64,000 bases of DNA from Candidatus Cloacimonadales bacterium (GTDB lineage: Bacteria > Cloacimonadota > Cloacimonadia > Cloacimonadales > JAIOQZ01), in assembly GCA_963662655.2 (NCBI GenBank), contig CAXXTU010000002.1:1888001-1952000 (forward strand), in the 5' to 3' direction. The notes beneath the pieces were generated by a model. It was not told the origin of the DNA. It did not search any database and saw only the letters and a list, made by a program, of their open reading frames with translations. Made by a program: the position numbers and the translations under genes. Below are positions 21,001 through 30,537 of this stretch, piece after piece; position 1 is the first letter of the stretch; every line of letters begins with the position of its first letter.

Positions 21001-23349
21001 GTGTATGTGTGGTACGACGAGGCGCAGCACGCCATGGTGGTCCAGTGGTCGAGACTACTGAATCGCTTCAACAACTCCCCGGAGACCTTCCAGGCGATCC
21101 TTTACGATCCGGAGTACAACAGTACGCTCCTCGGCGATAGCAAAATCAAGTTCCAGTACTTGGAAATCAACAACGTCGACCAGGGCAACTACTATGACGC
21201 CGAAATCGATCACGGCGAATACGCGACGGTGGGTATCGCGGATCACACAACCTATACGGCGCTCGAATACACCTATTCAAACCTGTATCCGGCCTCGGCC
21301 AAACCTTTGGAAGATGAAATGGCGCTGTTGTTCACTGGCCCTAACGTCCCGGTTCCATACCCGCATCCGTACGTATCGGACCTTCAGATTACCGATGTAA
21401 ACGGCAACAGCAACGGCTTGATCGATTATGGTGAAACTGTTGAAATCTGCCTCGTTCTCTCCAACCTCGGCCTCCAGATCGCCACGGATGTTACCGCGGA
21501 AATCCTGTCCAACGATCCTTACGTAACCATCCAGCAGGCTATCATCAGCTTCCCGGATATTCCCAATGGGGAATCGAGCCCGGGCAACCAGCCTTTTATC
21601 ATTGATATCGCGGACAACTGCCCGAACAACCATACGGTCAATCTGACGCTTATGATCCACTATTCAGGCATCAACAAAGAACTTCAGATACCCTTCCAGG
21701 TTTACAGTCCCGAACTCACAATCGTCGATTTCAGCGCAACGGACGACAATGACGACCAGCTTGAATCGGGAGAGACCGGTACATTTACTTTCACCCTGGA
21801 GCGGAGCCCAGAGCACGTTATTCATGACGCGACAATCACACTGGTTAGCGACGCGGAAGGTCTTGTCATCACTCCCGGAAGTGTCTTTATCGAGGAAATG
21901 ACTGAGGACCGGATCGATATCGAGTTCCAGGTCACGGTTCAGGATACTTGTCTGGACGGCGAAAACGCCGATTTCAATCTGAACATGCAATTCAACGACG
22001 ATTTCAATGTCGACAACCCGGTTAGCTACGTGTTCGGGCATCCGGAGCTGGTTTTCAGCACGTCCTTCGACGAAGGGATCAACTACGATGAATGGTTGAA
22101 TCTTCAGGGAAGCTATTCAGATACAGATTATGCCGGAGGCGAATCCGGAGAACTTCTGATGACATCTCTATACTATGATGCAGTAGTTTGCGCTCCGAGG
22201 ATGTTCTCTTCGCAGGACCTTCAAAAGCTGATCGTCAAATTCCGCTACCGGAACATGGACTACAATGCGCAGTACGGCGTTCTTGTTCAGCAGAACTCGT
22301 CGCCTTACACTTCCATATTCCTCTGGCAGGACATCAACATCATGGATGAACCAGGAACGATGAGAATCGATTACGTACCGGATGTCCAGTTTACCGGCGA
22401 TATCATTCTCGTATTCTTCATATATCCCACACCGTATGGCTCCGATCAAGTTCTCGCGCTGGACGATATCGAGATTTACGCAATCCGGCACAATCCGGGC
22501 GTCATCGAGGGAACCGTTACTCTCAATGGGGGACCGGGGAATGTTGAGGACGTAACGTTGAGAATCGGCTCCGATGAATATCAGGTTGATTCGAACGGAA
22601 ATTTCTCGGTGTCGATTCCAGAAGGGTACTATACGGTACGGGGCGAACATGATGGATACATTACGTATTACGAGCAAAATATACAGGTTGTTCACAACCA
22701 GGTCACGCATCTGGATATCGAGCTGGACTATCTGAGTGCGCCTTTCAACCTGGCGTACGAAGTTGATGACGAACAAATCCATCTGACGTGGGATTATACC
22801 GATAACCCGACTCGCGCGACAAATGCCACCAAGGAAGGCGGAACACGGGATCGCGATCTGGATTACTTCGACGTGGTGCTGGTCTATCAGAACACCTTTG
22901 TGATCCACGCCAACACAACCGAGATGGAGTACTCGCGTGATCTCATCGCCCCCGGGCACTACGAGTTCTACGTTCAGGCACGCCACGTTGGCGGATACAT
23001 GAGCGACGAATCGAATCATGTCGAATTCAACTATGTCGGCATCGACGATCAGGTTGCAGATGTACCGGTTTCATTCGAGCTCTATCAGAATCACCCCAAT
23101 CCGTTCAATCCGACCACCAGCATTCAGTTCGACTTGCCCAAGGCTACCTCGAAATGCTTGCTGGCGATCTACAATGTCCGTGGAGAAAAGGTGAAAACGC
23201 TCGTCGACGAACCCAGGGCAGCCGGAAGATACACCGAGACCTGGGATGGGCGTAACCGGTATGGTGAATCCGTCTCCTCCGGCGTTTATTTCATCCGCAT
23301 CGAGACGGATACGAACAAATCCATCCGCAAAGCAGTCATGCTAAAATAG
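18010..23349 (+). CDS. Peptidase C25 (gingipain-like) multidomain secreted protein with FlgD/T9SS-like C-terminal domain
   Basis: Signal peptide, C25 propeptide (GMPELP), 'PPEFVCIVGD', 'DHPYTQLDGND.FPE..IGR', 'NLLGDP', 'GPDNYGYY', CTD 'QNHPNPFNP...SSGVYF...KAVMLK'. Confidence 0.9.
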   Translation: MHFKGTLILLTLMIVGGSLFAVITDFDCTNSDNFSTELTFTTPAYELKEVDGMQKITLPQPYPEEWAGVAGMPELPVFSTLVSIPAGVRVTLNYDVIDEDVVDDVTLVPYRNLDDIKNDILGYSIDPQAYYSTERGGTSSAELGEAGIMRDKVLQRVIVHPFRYDSNEQRLFAAREIRLSLSYQFDSRGLTPKRQHAPSLLFDSLTNEMTANPTTQSTREAVLPGCYLFIYDGTAEVLSTLQPLLMWKHAKGHEIQLLDTSTIGNNSSQIRAYIQEAWETWENPPEFVCIVGDGNMNFTIPTFWDEFSGHSVHGDHPYTQLDGNDLFPEVLIGRLTFNNVTELQTIVGKILRYEYNPPTDDNWFERPLLVADHYSSGISTVSTMIHVADLMQEYNPSYELTFVDQAPFTIYISNALNAGKGAYFYRGFGNFSDWLTEDTFNLFNYNKNPFMSAITCYTGTFAQGSMSSIEAFLRAGTPSTGIGASSVIGSSSPTHTCFNNLITGTIAYGIYHEGITNFSAALALGKLALYECYPTNPNEYVDWYTIGKNLLGDPGMTLWTRQPESFTLDHAASIGIGEASYQVIVSDSDGNPVEGAVVTLIQNDGEIDAVACSNESGIATLYFEPADEGDCMLTVTNHNFFAERTTIPVGDTTVIDYTDVDFTAPAVTGGTASFNVTLHNYSADALNDVSATLAVQDEELGLVTDEIQYGNIASGSEASGAGAFQIEISPLCEDGSVFDLTMSISSGTNTWETHIPLTISGPKLAIGEVTTDPAVVIPGNTIDMTLALRNEGHETFEAAHCEINSVSQLVTITSYAADFGDIAADSQAENTANPYQITISEEAITGSVIPFTVIVSNEGGITQELDFDLHVGEATMTDPTGPDNYGYYCYDDGDTAYDDCPTYNWIEIDPNYGGAGTSLNMTDNDTNGSGDMVTIDLPFAFRFYEINYSQISVSSNGYIVMGPYYTFEWMNWPLPGTFVPSPIIAPFWDDLLITEGNVYVWYDEAQHAMVVQWSRLLNRFNNSPETFQAILYDPEYNSTLLGDSKIKFQYLEINNVDQGNYYDAEIDHGEYATVGIADHTTYTALEYTYSNLYPASAKPLEDEMALLFTGPNVPVPYPHPYVSDLQITDVNGNSNGLIDYGETVEICLVLSNLGLQIATDVTAEILSNDPYVTIQQAIISFPDIPNGESSPGNQPFIIDIADNCPNNHTVNLTLMIHYSGINKELQIPFQVYSPELTIVDFSATDDNDDQLESGETGTFTFTLERSPEHVIHDATITLVSDAEGLVITPGSVFIEEMTEDRIDIEFQVTVQDTCLDGENADFNLNMQFNDDFNVDNPVSYVFGHPELVFSTSFDEGINYDEWLNLQGSYSDTDYAGGESGELLMTSLYYDAVVCAPRMFSSQDLQKLIVKFRYRNMDYNAQYGVLVQQNSSPYTSIFLWQDINIMDEPGTMRIDYVPDVQFTGDIILVFFIYPTPYGSDQVLALDDIEIYAIRHNPGVIEGTVTLNGGPGNVEDVTLRIGSDEYQVDSNGNFSVSIPEGYYTVRGEHDGYITYYEQNIQVVHNQVTHLDIELDYLSAPFNLAYEVDDEQIHLTWDYTDNPTRATNATKEGGTRDRDLDYFDVVLVYQNTFVIHANTTEMEYSRDLIAPGHYEFYVQARHVGGYMSDESNHVEFNYVGIDDQVADVPVSFELYQNHPNPFNPTTSIQFDLPKATSKCLLAIYNVRGEKVKTLVDEPRAAGRYTETWDGRNRYGESVSSGVYFIRIETDTNKSIRKAVMLK

Positions 23350-23408
23350 AGAACACGATACGAGTATACGATACGGAATTTCCATATCGTATACTCTTAT
23401 CTCTTCTC
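23349..23408. repeat. 60-nt imperfect inverted repeat at the 3' end of the C25 gene
   Basis: 12-bp perfect core GAGTATACGATA/TATCGTATACTC with flanking pairs; no U-tract. Confidence 0.6.
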
Positions 23409-23693
23409 GCCTGCCCGGAAAAAGTAGAATTGCAACGAACCACAATCCTGGTCTCCGTATGTATGTTGTTCCATTCGTTGAAAATATGTTTCTTAAATAC
23501 TGGCCTCGAGGAATGATTATTGCTTCGTAAAGTATTGCAGTATGAAGCAGAAATGGAACAGGGCAACGGGTTTTGTTGAACGAGTTATCAATTTTCATTG
23601 AAAATCCTTTGACAAAATGGTTTTGCCTTTGTTTAAGTGGCAGTAGATGAGAAAGAGTATCATTAGTATGCTTACAATCAAAGAGGAGGAATT

Positions 23694-26528
23694 ATGAAAA
23701 GAACGTACGTTGTTATGTTCGCACTGCTTTTTGCAAGTTTCCTTTTCGCTGGCGCAAACCCGGTGAAAGGTAACGTCGTAGTTCACGCACCGAGCATGGA
23801 TCGCGACGATGTAATTTATTGGCAGGAAGGTTTTGAAGACGGCCTCAACGGCTGGACTTCCGCAGACGACACAGCTCCGGCAGACTGGGCTGAGTGGTGG
23901 CACCTTTCAACGGAAGGCGCCTATGACGGTAACTCATGGTGGATGGGTGACGAAGCGATCGGTGGTTACACAAACCATCGTTACCTCGTACTCGATACAC
24001 CGATGATCGAACTTCCAACCGGAACTCCGGAACTTACCTTCATGATGCACTACCTGATGGAAAGCACCGGCGGTGTTGACGATTATGATGCATGGGACGG
24101 ATTCAACGTTCGCGTTTCAACCGACGGTACCACCTGGACCGTTATTGATGGCGACCCGTCTTATGACGCCGAAAGCTTCTACAGCTTCGGTTTTGAGTTC
24201 AATGAAGGCGTAAATATCCCCGGCTACGGCGGAACCAACGACGGCTGGGAAGAATATGCATTCGACCTTTCCGACTATGCTGGCCAGGAAATCATGATTC
24301 GTTTCGCATTCGCATCCGATCCGGCTGCATGTACGGATGATGGCGATGGCGACGAAGACTGGTTTGGCGTACGCATCGACGACATCAACGTTGCTGGCGT
24401 ATTCGAATCCGATGGCGACGGAGCTACCGGTGACGAACAAATGGTTCCTGGTTACGGCGGAGTCGCTTCCGGCGACTTCTGGGCAATCAGTGACGTAAAT
24501 GCAAACAGTGGCGACTATTCAATCCACTGTCCTGTTGAACCGAACCTTCTGGACGAACTGTACTCACCGGTTGTTAACGTTCCAGACCTTCCTGAAGTAT
24601 ACTTCGGTTACTATGTATTCTGTGACATGATCGACTCGAACGGCGATGGCGACCCTGATGGAAGTCTTGAAGACTACTATCTCGTTTACATCAAGGGAGA
24701 AGAAGAAGATTCATGGACGCGTCTGCATTACCTTTTCAATGACGCAACTTCTGGCGGACTTCCTTCAGACTGGACATACGTAAACCAGGCATGGGCTCTC
24801 GAGAACCTTTCCTGGCAGACCGACGCTTCTTGCGACATTACAGACTGGGCAGGCATGAGCGTTCAGTTCAGATTCGAGATTAAAACCGACGACAACGATG
24901 ACGGTGGCGTTGGTGATGGGATGTACATCGATGACGTAATGATTTACGCACCGGTATTCCTTCCTTCCCCAACCAACCTGACCGCTGAAGCAACCGTGGA
25001 AAATCAAATCCAGCTCGAATGGGAAAACCCGATGGCTTCCGGCGAACCCGGATGGCTTCACTGGGACAATGGAACAAATGATGATGGTATCGGTATCAAT
25101 GCAGCCGGTATCCTCGATGCAGCTGCTCGCTTCACAGCAAGCGATCTGCTTCCTTACACCGGTTTCCATGTAACCAGCATCAAAATCTACCCAAGAGAAG
25201 CGAATTGCGATTACACCCTTTACATCTGGGATACGGGCGCAACTGTCCTTTACTCACAGGATATCACTCCTACCGTCAATGAATGGAATGAGATTTCACT
25301 CGATACCCCATACGAAATTCAGCTTGGCGACGAGCTTTGGATCGGTTACCGTGCAGATACCCAACAGGGTCATCCACTCGGTTGCGATGCAGGTCCTGCG
25401 GTTAGAGGGACCTCTTACATCCGCATGAACAACGGTGGATGGACCGAACTTTACGAAGCTGGCGAGAATCCTCTCGACTACAACTGGAACATCCAGGCTT
25501 ACGTAGATACTCCGGTTGACTTCGTTTACAACCCGGTACCTCTTACCACAAGAGACATCACCGGTTACAAGATTTTCCGTTCGAGCGAATCAGGAAACTA
25601 CAACATGGAAACCCCGATTGTAGAGATCACCGATTCAGAAACAACGGAATATCTCGATGAAAATCCTGTCGCGAACAGCACAAACTACTACATCGTAGTT
25701 GCGACATACGACGATGGCGATTCTCAGCCTTCCAACGAAGCAAGCGCTTACGTTCTCAGCCAAACGGCAGAGGAAATGGCGTACGACGATGGCGAAGCGG
25801 ATGACGACTTCATGCCATCACCTGGCCAGCTCATGGCTGTCAAATTCACCCCGTACGTTCATCCGGATGTTGATAACATCGACATCTTACAAATGAAAAT
25901 CTGGGTTGAAGACATTGGAACCATGAACTCTGTTGTAAAAGTTTGGGACGACGACGGTACAGACGGCGCACCAGGAACAGAGCTTGATGCATTCGTTCTC
26001 GCTACCGGCGACATGCTTGAAGGCTGGAACATTGTTGACCTCACCAATATCATTCCAATCGAGTCTGGCTCATTCTACCTCGGCTTCATGGGTTCACCGA
26101 ACTCATCGGCTTACGGCGTCGATACCGGCGTAAACGGTTATAGCTTCACCGGCACAACCGCCGGCGAATGGACAGGATGGGCAGATGGCCAGTTCATGAT
26201 CCGCGCGATCATCGACACGCACACCGGCGTTAGCGAAGAACTCGCACCAGCGCCAGTCCTCAGTGCAAAGAACTACCCGAACCCATTCAACCCGACGACC
26301 ACCATTTCTTACAACGTGCCGAAAGACGGCAAAGTGACCGTGAAGGTGTTCAACACCAAGGGTCAGCTTGTTAAGACACTGGTAAACGAAGTTGTTGCAG
26401 CCGGATCGAAAACCGTTGTTTGGACTGGCGACAACAATGAAGGCAAGAAGGTTTCGAGTGGCGTTTACATGTACAAAGTGGAAACCGAAAACGAAAGCGT
26501 TCTCCACAAAATGCTGCTTCTGAAATAA
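23694..26528 (+). CDS. Secreted acidic multidomain surface protein (immune-inhibitor-A/MAM/cleaved-adhesin-like and FN3-like domains) with FlgD/T9SS-like CTD
   Basis: Signal peptide; 'WDGFNVRVSTDG', 'DLSDYAGQ..IRF.F.SD', 'PTNLTA', 'GYKIFRS'; CTD 'NYPNPFNPTT...SSGVYMYK...KMLLLK'. GAGGAGG SD. Confidence 0.85.
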   Translation: MKRTYVVMFALLFASFLFAGANPVKGNVVVHAPSMDRDDVIYWQEGFEDGLNGWTSADDTAPADWAEWWHLSTEGAYDGNSWWMGDEAIGGYTNHRYLVLDTPMIELPTGTPELTFMMHYLMESTGGVDDYDAWDGFNVRVSTDGTTWTVIDGDPSYDAESFYSFGFEFNEGVNIPGYGGTNDGWEEYAFDLSDYAGQEIMIRFAFASDPAACTDDGDGDEDWFGVRIDDINVAGVFESDGDGATGDEQMVPGYGGVASGDFWAISDVNANSGDYSIHCPVEPNLLDELYSPVVNVPDLPEVYFGYYVFCDMIDSNGDGDPDGSLEDYYLVYIKGEEEDSWTRLHYLFNDATSGGLPSDWTYVNQAWALENLSWQTDASCDITDWAGMSVQFRFEIKTDDNDDGGVGDGMYIDDVMIYAPVFLPSPTNLTAEATVENQIQLEWENPMASGEPGWLHWDNGTNDDGIGINAAGILDAAARFTASDLLPYTGFHVTSIKIYPREANCDYTLYIWDTGATVLYSQDITPTVNEWNEISLDTPYEIQLGDELWIGYRADTQQGHPLGCDAGPAVRGTSYIRMNNGGWTELYEAGENPLDYNWNIQAYVDTPVDFVYNPVPLTTRDITGYKIFRSSESGNYNMETPIVEITDSETTEYLDENPVANSTNYYIVVATYDDGDSQPSNEASAYVLSQTAEEMAYDDGEADDDFMPSPGQLMAVKFTPYVHPDVDNIDILQMKIWVEDIGTMNSVVKVWDDDGTDGAPGTELDAFVLATGDMLEGWNIVDLTNIIPIESGSFYLGFMGSPNSSAYGVDTGVNGYSFTGTTAGEWTGWADGQFMIRAIIDTHTGVSEELAPAPVLSAKNYPNPFNPTTTISYNVPKDGKVTVKVFNTKGQLVKTLVNEVVAAGSKTVVWTGDNNEGKKVSSGVYMYKVETENESVLHKMLLLK

Positions 26529-26559
26529 TCTGAACTGCCCGATCAGGGCTCAAAGATAT

Positions 26560-26594
26560 CGGGAGAGTTCCAATGAACTCTCCCGCTTTTTTTT
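26560..26594 (+). terminator. Rho-independent terminator
   Basis: CGGGAGAGTTC/GAACTCTCCCG stem followed by a T-run. Confidence 0.85.
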
Positions 26595-26624
26595 GCAAGC
26601 ATCTCAAAGTTTTCTGCCGACTCA

Positions 26625-26734
26625 GCGGCGGGGCGGCGCGTGCGCTTCGCGCACTAACAGCGCTTTGAAAAGTTCCTGTCGAAACTTTTCAAAGCGCTGG
26701 CGAAGCCTTTCAGGCTTCAGCGCCGCCCCGCCGC
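26625..26734. repeat. Four-way-junction palindromic element (REP/MITE-like or ncRNA)
   Basis: 15-bp perfect terminal IR GCGGCGGGGCGGCGC/GCGCCGCCCCGCCGC enclosing three hairpins. Confidence 0.7.
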
Positions 26735-26779
26735 GGGACTCTGCGCTCGATCAAGTTGATGAAAAGAAAGGGAGATGGT

Positions 26780-28156
26780 TTAGTACATTTCGGAGAATTG
26801 CGTGATAAAGGCCTTGAGCTGGTTGTGAATATCGCTATCAATTCGTGCAGCAAGCATTTGCAGATAGACAAGCGGCCGGAGCATGTACAGCGTGGTTTCC
26901 TTTTCCGGCAGCGAAGACTCTTTCATTGCGTTGAAGAGCTTGAGCTCCCTGCGAAGCTCGCGGTGGATTTTCTTGAGAAAATCCTTCGGGAAAGCGTACG
27001 GTTGTTCCTGAATCTTCATCAGGGGAATCTGCAAGAAATAGTTCGCGGCGAAAATCCGGTACATCCAAGCGATGTACGCATCCTCGTTGATGAGGATCGT
27101 TTCTTCGGGAACAAGATACTGCCCGACCACATCGTGCGCCGTTTTATACATCGAGTGCCCCTTCAGAACCTGCTGCACCACCTTTTCCGCACCAACGGAT
27201 TTATGACAGGAGAGTCCGTATTGGCATCGCTCCTCGTCCGGGCATGGGTAGCATGGGAAGGCGCTACTCACGGGGAAAATGGTGTAGCATTGGTCCGAGT
27301 AGCCCAAGGTCTCCCAAGGGTAAGCCGGCCCGAAGAACAGCCCGATGAACGGTACTCGCTGGTGCGCAGCAACGTGCATCGTGCCCGTATCACCGGTAAC
27401 GAGCATATCGCTTTTGTCCAGCGTTTCAAACAGCCCCTCGATGGAAGTTCGCCCGGCAAGATTCTCCACTTGCTGCCCATGCGAAATCCGCTTAATGATG
27501 GCATCGATCGCCGGGCGTTCCGAAGACGCACCCACGAAGGTTATCTTGCAATCCTCTTCGATCAGGCGATTCGCCAGCGCGACAAAGTCATCGGAGTCCC
27601 ACTGTCGCTTGCGATTCCGGGAAGCGATCTGGAACACAATGCGCGGAGTCTTAGCGGTTTCGCGCCAGGGACGATCCTTGAAGGAGGGCTCCTCGGGAAC
27701 GCGGTCGATGATATAGCGATAGATATCCACCAGGTTCAGCGTGGAAAGGCGGCGCGACCGGATGAAACTCATCCCGTAATAGAGCCATTCCAGGCTGCCC
27801 CGATCCTTGCTGGCAAAACCGATCTTGTTCTCGCACTCCAAATTCGAGACGATGTCGTGCGCGATCTCATGGCTGTTCATGTTCACGATCATGTCGTAAT
27901 TGCGTAAACCGCTAATGAGCGTACGTGCAGCCAGGTTGTCCGACAGCTTCATCTTCCCCTGTACCTGCGCGGCAACAGAGGTAAGATTTACCGGTATCAG
28001 CCGGTCTAGATAGAGCATCTCGGCCACTTCCGTGAACAGCGAATTGCACAGCAAGTGGATTTCAGCGCCAGGATGAGCCCCCTTTATGCGGCGCAAGAGC
28101 TCAGCCGACTGTAGAATGTCGCCCATCTTTCCCAGTTGAATCGCAAGAATTCTCAT
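26780..28156 (-). CDS. Glycosyltransferase family 9 (heptosyltransferase-like)
   Basis: 'QLGKMGDI', 'NLAGRTS', 'VTGDTGTMHVAA', 'CYPC'. Confidence 0.88.
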   Translation of the reverse strand: MRILAIQLGKMGDILQSAELLRRIKGAHPGAEIHLLCNSLFTEVAEMLYLDRLIPVNLTSVAAQVQGKMKLSDNLAARTLISGLRNYDMIVNMNSHEIAHDIVSNLECENKIGFASKDRGSLEWLYYGMSFIRSRRLSTLNLVDIYRYIIDRVPEEPSFKDRPWRETAKTPRIVFQIASRNRKRQWDSDDFVALANRLIEEDCKITFVGASSERPAIDAIIKRISHGQQVENLAGRTSIEGLFETLDKSDMLVTGDTGTMHVAAHQRVPFIGLFFGPAYPWETLGYSDQCYTIFPVSSAFPCYPCPDEERCQYGLSCHKSVGAEKVVQQVLKGHSMYKTAHDVVGQYLVPEETILINEDAYIAWMYRIFAANYFLQIPLMKIQEQPYAFPKDFLKKIHRELRRELKLFNAMKESSLPEKETTLYMLRPLVYLQMLAARIDSDIHNQLKAFITQFSEMY

Positions 28157-28176
28157 AAACTATTTCCCTGTTGTGA

Positions 28177-30528
28177 TCAGTCGGATAGATTATGGTCAAC
28201 ATGGACCTTTTCCGTCAAGATTGTTCTGCTGCTCGCTGAAACTCCGTCCGTCTCCAGCACCAGCGCCCCGTCGATTCCGCCGATGAATAGGCGATCTCTC
28301 AGAAAGCCAAGTCGCTGCAATACGGCATCATCCAGCAATCCCCTGCCGCTTTCGACATCGGCGGGGATATAGGCATATTCTGGTGACACCGCGCTTAAAA
28401 ACTCTTTACTCGACGAGGTCTCGCTCCCGTGGTGCGGCACCTTTAAAAAATCGCAGTCGAGTTCATCCGGGTACTGCCTCACCAGCTCGATCTCGAGATC
28501 GCTGTGGATGTCGCCGGTGAAAAGCGCGGAGAAATTCCCGTAATCGATCCTGACGACCAGCGAATGGTTGTTGATCTGATCCGAGTAGTAGCTCTCCGCA
28601 GGCGAGAAAATACGCAAATCAATCTCCCCCATTCTCCACGATATCGTGTCGCGAACCGTGATCACCTGCGTCCCGCTTTCCGCTGCCAGAGCGATAAATC
28701 GATCCCCGATCTCCGAATCGAAGAACTCGTCTGCCGCATACAGCTTCCCGATCTCTACATCGTCGTTGATTGCCTCATAGCCCCCGTAATGATCTCGATG
28801 CTCATGGGTGATGAACACTGCATCCAGCCTGCCTATTCCCCGTTTTCTTAAATACGGCTTCGCGGTGTACTCGTAGGGCGTTCCAATCGTGTCGTCCGGT
28901 CCCGTGTCGATCATAATATTCTCGCCGCCCGGTAATTCGATCAACGCCATGTCGGCGTTTCCGCAATCGAAGCAGGTGATGCGTAGCGACTCGCGTTTCA
29001 CGACACCGGGGACGAGTATCAGAATCACACCGAGCGCCAGAGCCGGAATGGAATACTTCTTTCGCACCCTCATTGCAAGCAGCAATCCCCCCACGACGAT
29101 AATCGCTCCCGCAAACTGCACGCTCGACAATCCCGCACCGTTATACTTCAAGGGCAACGATGCGGTATATCCCGTCAGCTTGTGCAGCAATCCCGCGAGA
29201 ACATCGAAAGCAGCGCGATAAACCGCTACCAGCCCCCCTACATCGGGAAGAATAACAATCAGCAGGGCCAGCGGCATTATCAAGCCCAGTAGCGGAATTC
29301 CGAAAAGGTTGCTCAGGATGGAGGAGAAATTCACATTCTGGAAATAGTAGAGCGTGAACGGAGCTAGGGCAATCATCAGCAGACACGAGGTGCACATCAA
29401 CCGCAACGCCCAAAGCAAGCCCGTTCCCAGCACATTTTTCCGCACGATGTTTACCCGGGCGAAGAAGTGCTCCTCAAGCCACGGATACCCGTTGATCAAC
29501 GTAATAATAGCGACAAAGGATAGCTGGAAACCCACGGAGAAGAGCTGTTGCGGCGAAATTGCGGTTATTAGCAGCGCCGCCAGGGCAAGGACATGGTTGT
29601 TCAGAGCTTTTCGCTGCAATATCCTCGCCATCACGTAAAGTGAAATCATGATCGTGGCTCGCGTAATCGGCGCTTTCCATCCACACAGCGCAGCATAGAA
29701 AAACAGGATCGCGATCAGTAATACAGACCCAATCCTGCGGTTCGGGATCGCGATGATCAACAGCACATTCAACACAAGCGCGATAAAGCCCGTATGCAGG
29801 CCGCTGACCGCAAGAAGGTGCGCCAACCCTGCGTCGCGGAAGATAACCGTGAATTGCTCGTCTTTGGGCCTAATCCCGAGCGTTATATTTTTCACGAAGG
29901 CTGCGTGCTCTCCGAAGCGCTCATTGATGCGCCGAATCATCCAGCGTCGCACTGGCAAAACGAACCGGCCATTCAAGTCCCGTCTCGATCCTGTTTTCTC
30001 CAGGCGGCATGTAGGAAACGCACTGCCGAATATTCCCCGAATGGAGAAATACCGATCAAGCCCAATCTGCCCGGGATTGGAAGCCCTCTTCATGGCGTAG
30101 AGATCAGCGCGTCCCCGCACGATATCGCCATAGCTCAAGGTGTCTTGCGACGTATACAAGATCAACTTCCCTCTGACAGGCACGTCCGCCACGCGATCCA
30201 GGCTCAGCTCGTACTGCTTGAATCGTCCGGCCTCTTCCCCATCGGAAACAATGCGACCCTCGATGACGCGATTGAACGATGTTTCCTGCTTGAACAGCTT
30301 TTCGATGCCGTTGCTCGCGGATGGAACGGAGATTCTAAGGACGCCCAGCAATAAAGCCAGCATGAAGAGTGTGAAGGTGCGGTACTTACGAAGAATCGAT
30401 ACAATGAGTAGAATGAATGCCGCAATCAGGAGGTAATGGAATGGAATCGTCAGCCAATTACCGATGAGGATACCGGCCAGCCAGCACAAAACCAGAATCG
30501 TCATGCCGGTAAGCCTTTCTCTGTTCAC
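28177..30528 (-). CDS. comEC: ComEC/Rec2 DNA-uptake competence protein with MBL domain
   Basis: 'GLAHLLAVSGLH', 'GFQLSF', 'THEHRDHYGG', 'FTGD', 'KVPHHGS'. Confidence 0.93.
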   Translation of the reverse strand: MNRERLTGMTILVLCWLAGILIGNWLTIPFHYLLIAAFILLIVSILRKYRTFTLFMLALLLGVLRISVPSASNGIEKLFKQETSFNRVIEGRIVSDGEEAGRFKQYELSLDRVADVPVRGKLILYTSQDTLSYGDIVRGRADLYAMKRASNPGQIGLDRYFSIRGIFGSAFPTCRLEKTGSRRDLNGRFVLPVRRWMIRRINERFGEHAAFVKNITLGIRPKDEQFTVIFRDAGLAHLLAVSGLHTGFIALVLNVLLIIAIPNRRIGSVLLIAILFFYAALCGWKAPITRATIMISLYVMARILQRKALNNHVLALAALLITAISPQQLFSVGFQLSFVAIITLINGYPWLEEHFFARVNIVRKNVLGTGLLWALRLMCTSCLLMIALAPFTLYYFQNVNFSSILSNLFGIPLLGLIMPLALLIVILPDVGGLVAVYRAAFDVLAGLLHKLTGYTASLPLKYNGAGLSSVQFAGAIIVVGGLLLAMRVRKKYSIPALALGVILILVPGVVKRESLRITCFDCGNADMALIELPGGENIMIDTGPDDTIGTPYEYTAKPYLRKRGIGRLDAVFITHEHRDHYGGYEAINDDVEIGKLYAADEFFDSEIGDRFIALAAESGTQVITVRDTISWRMGEIDLRIFSPAESYYSDQINNHSLVVRIDYGNFSALFTGDIHSDLEIELVRQYPDELDCDFLKVPHHGSETSSSKEFLSAVSPEYAYIPADVESGRGLLDDAVLQRLGFLRDRLFIGGIDGALVLETDGVSASSRTILTEKVHVDHNLSD

Positions 30529-30537
30529 CGCATGATC

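Noticed and set aside
26756..27907. 383-aa + strand ORF
   Set aside because: Antisense shadow of the GT9 gene.
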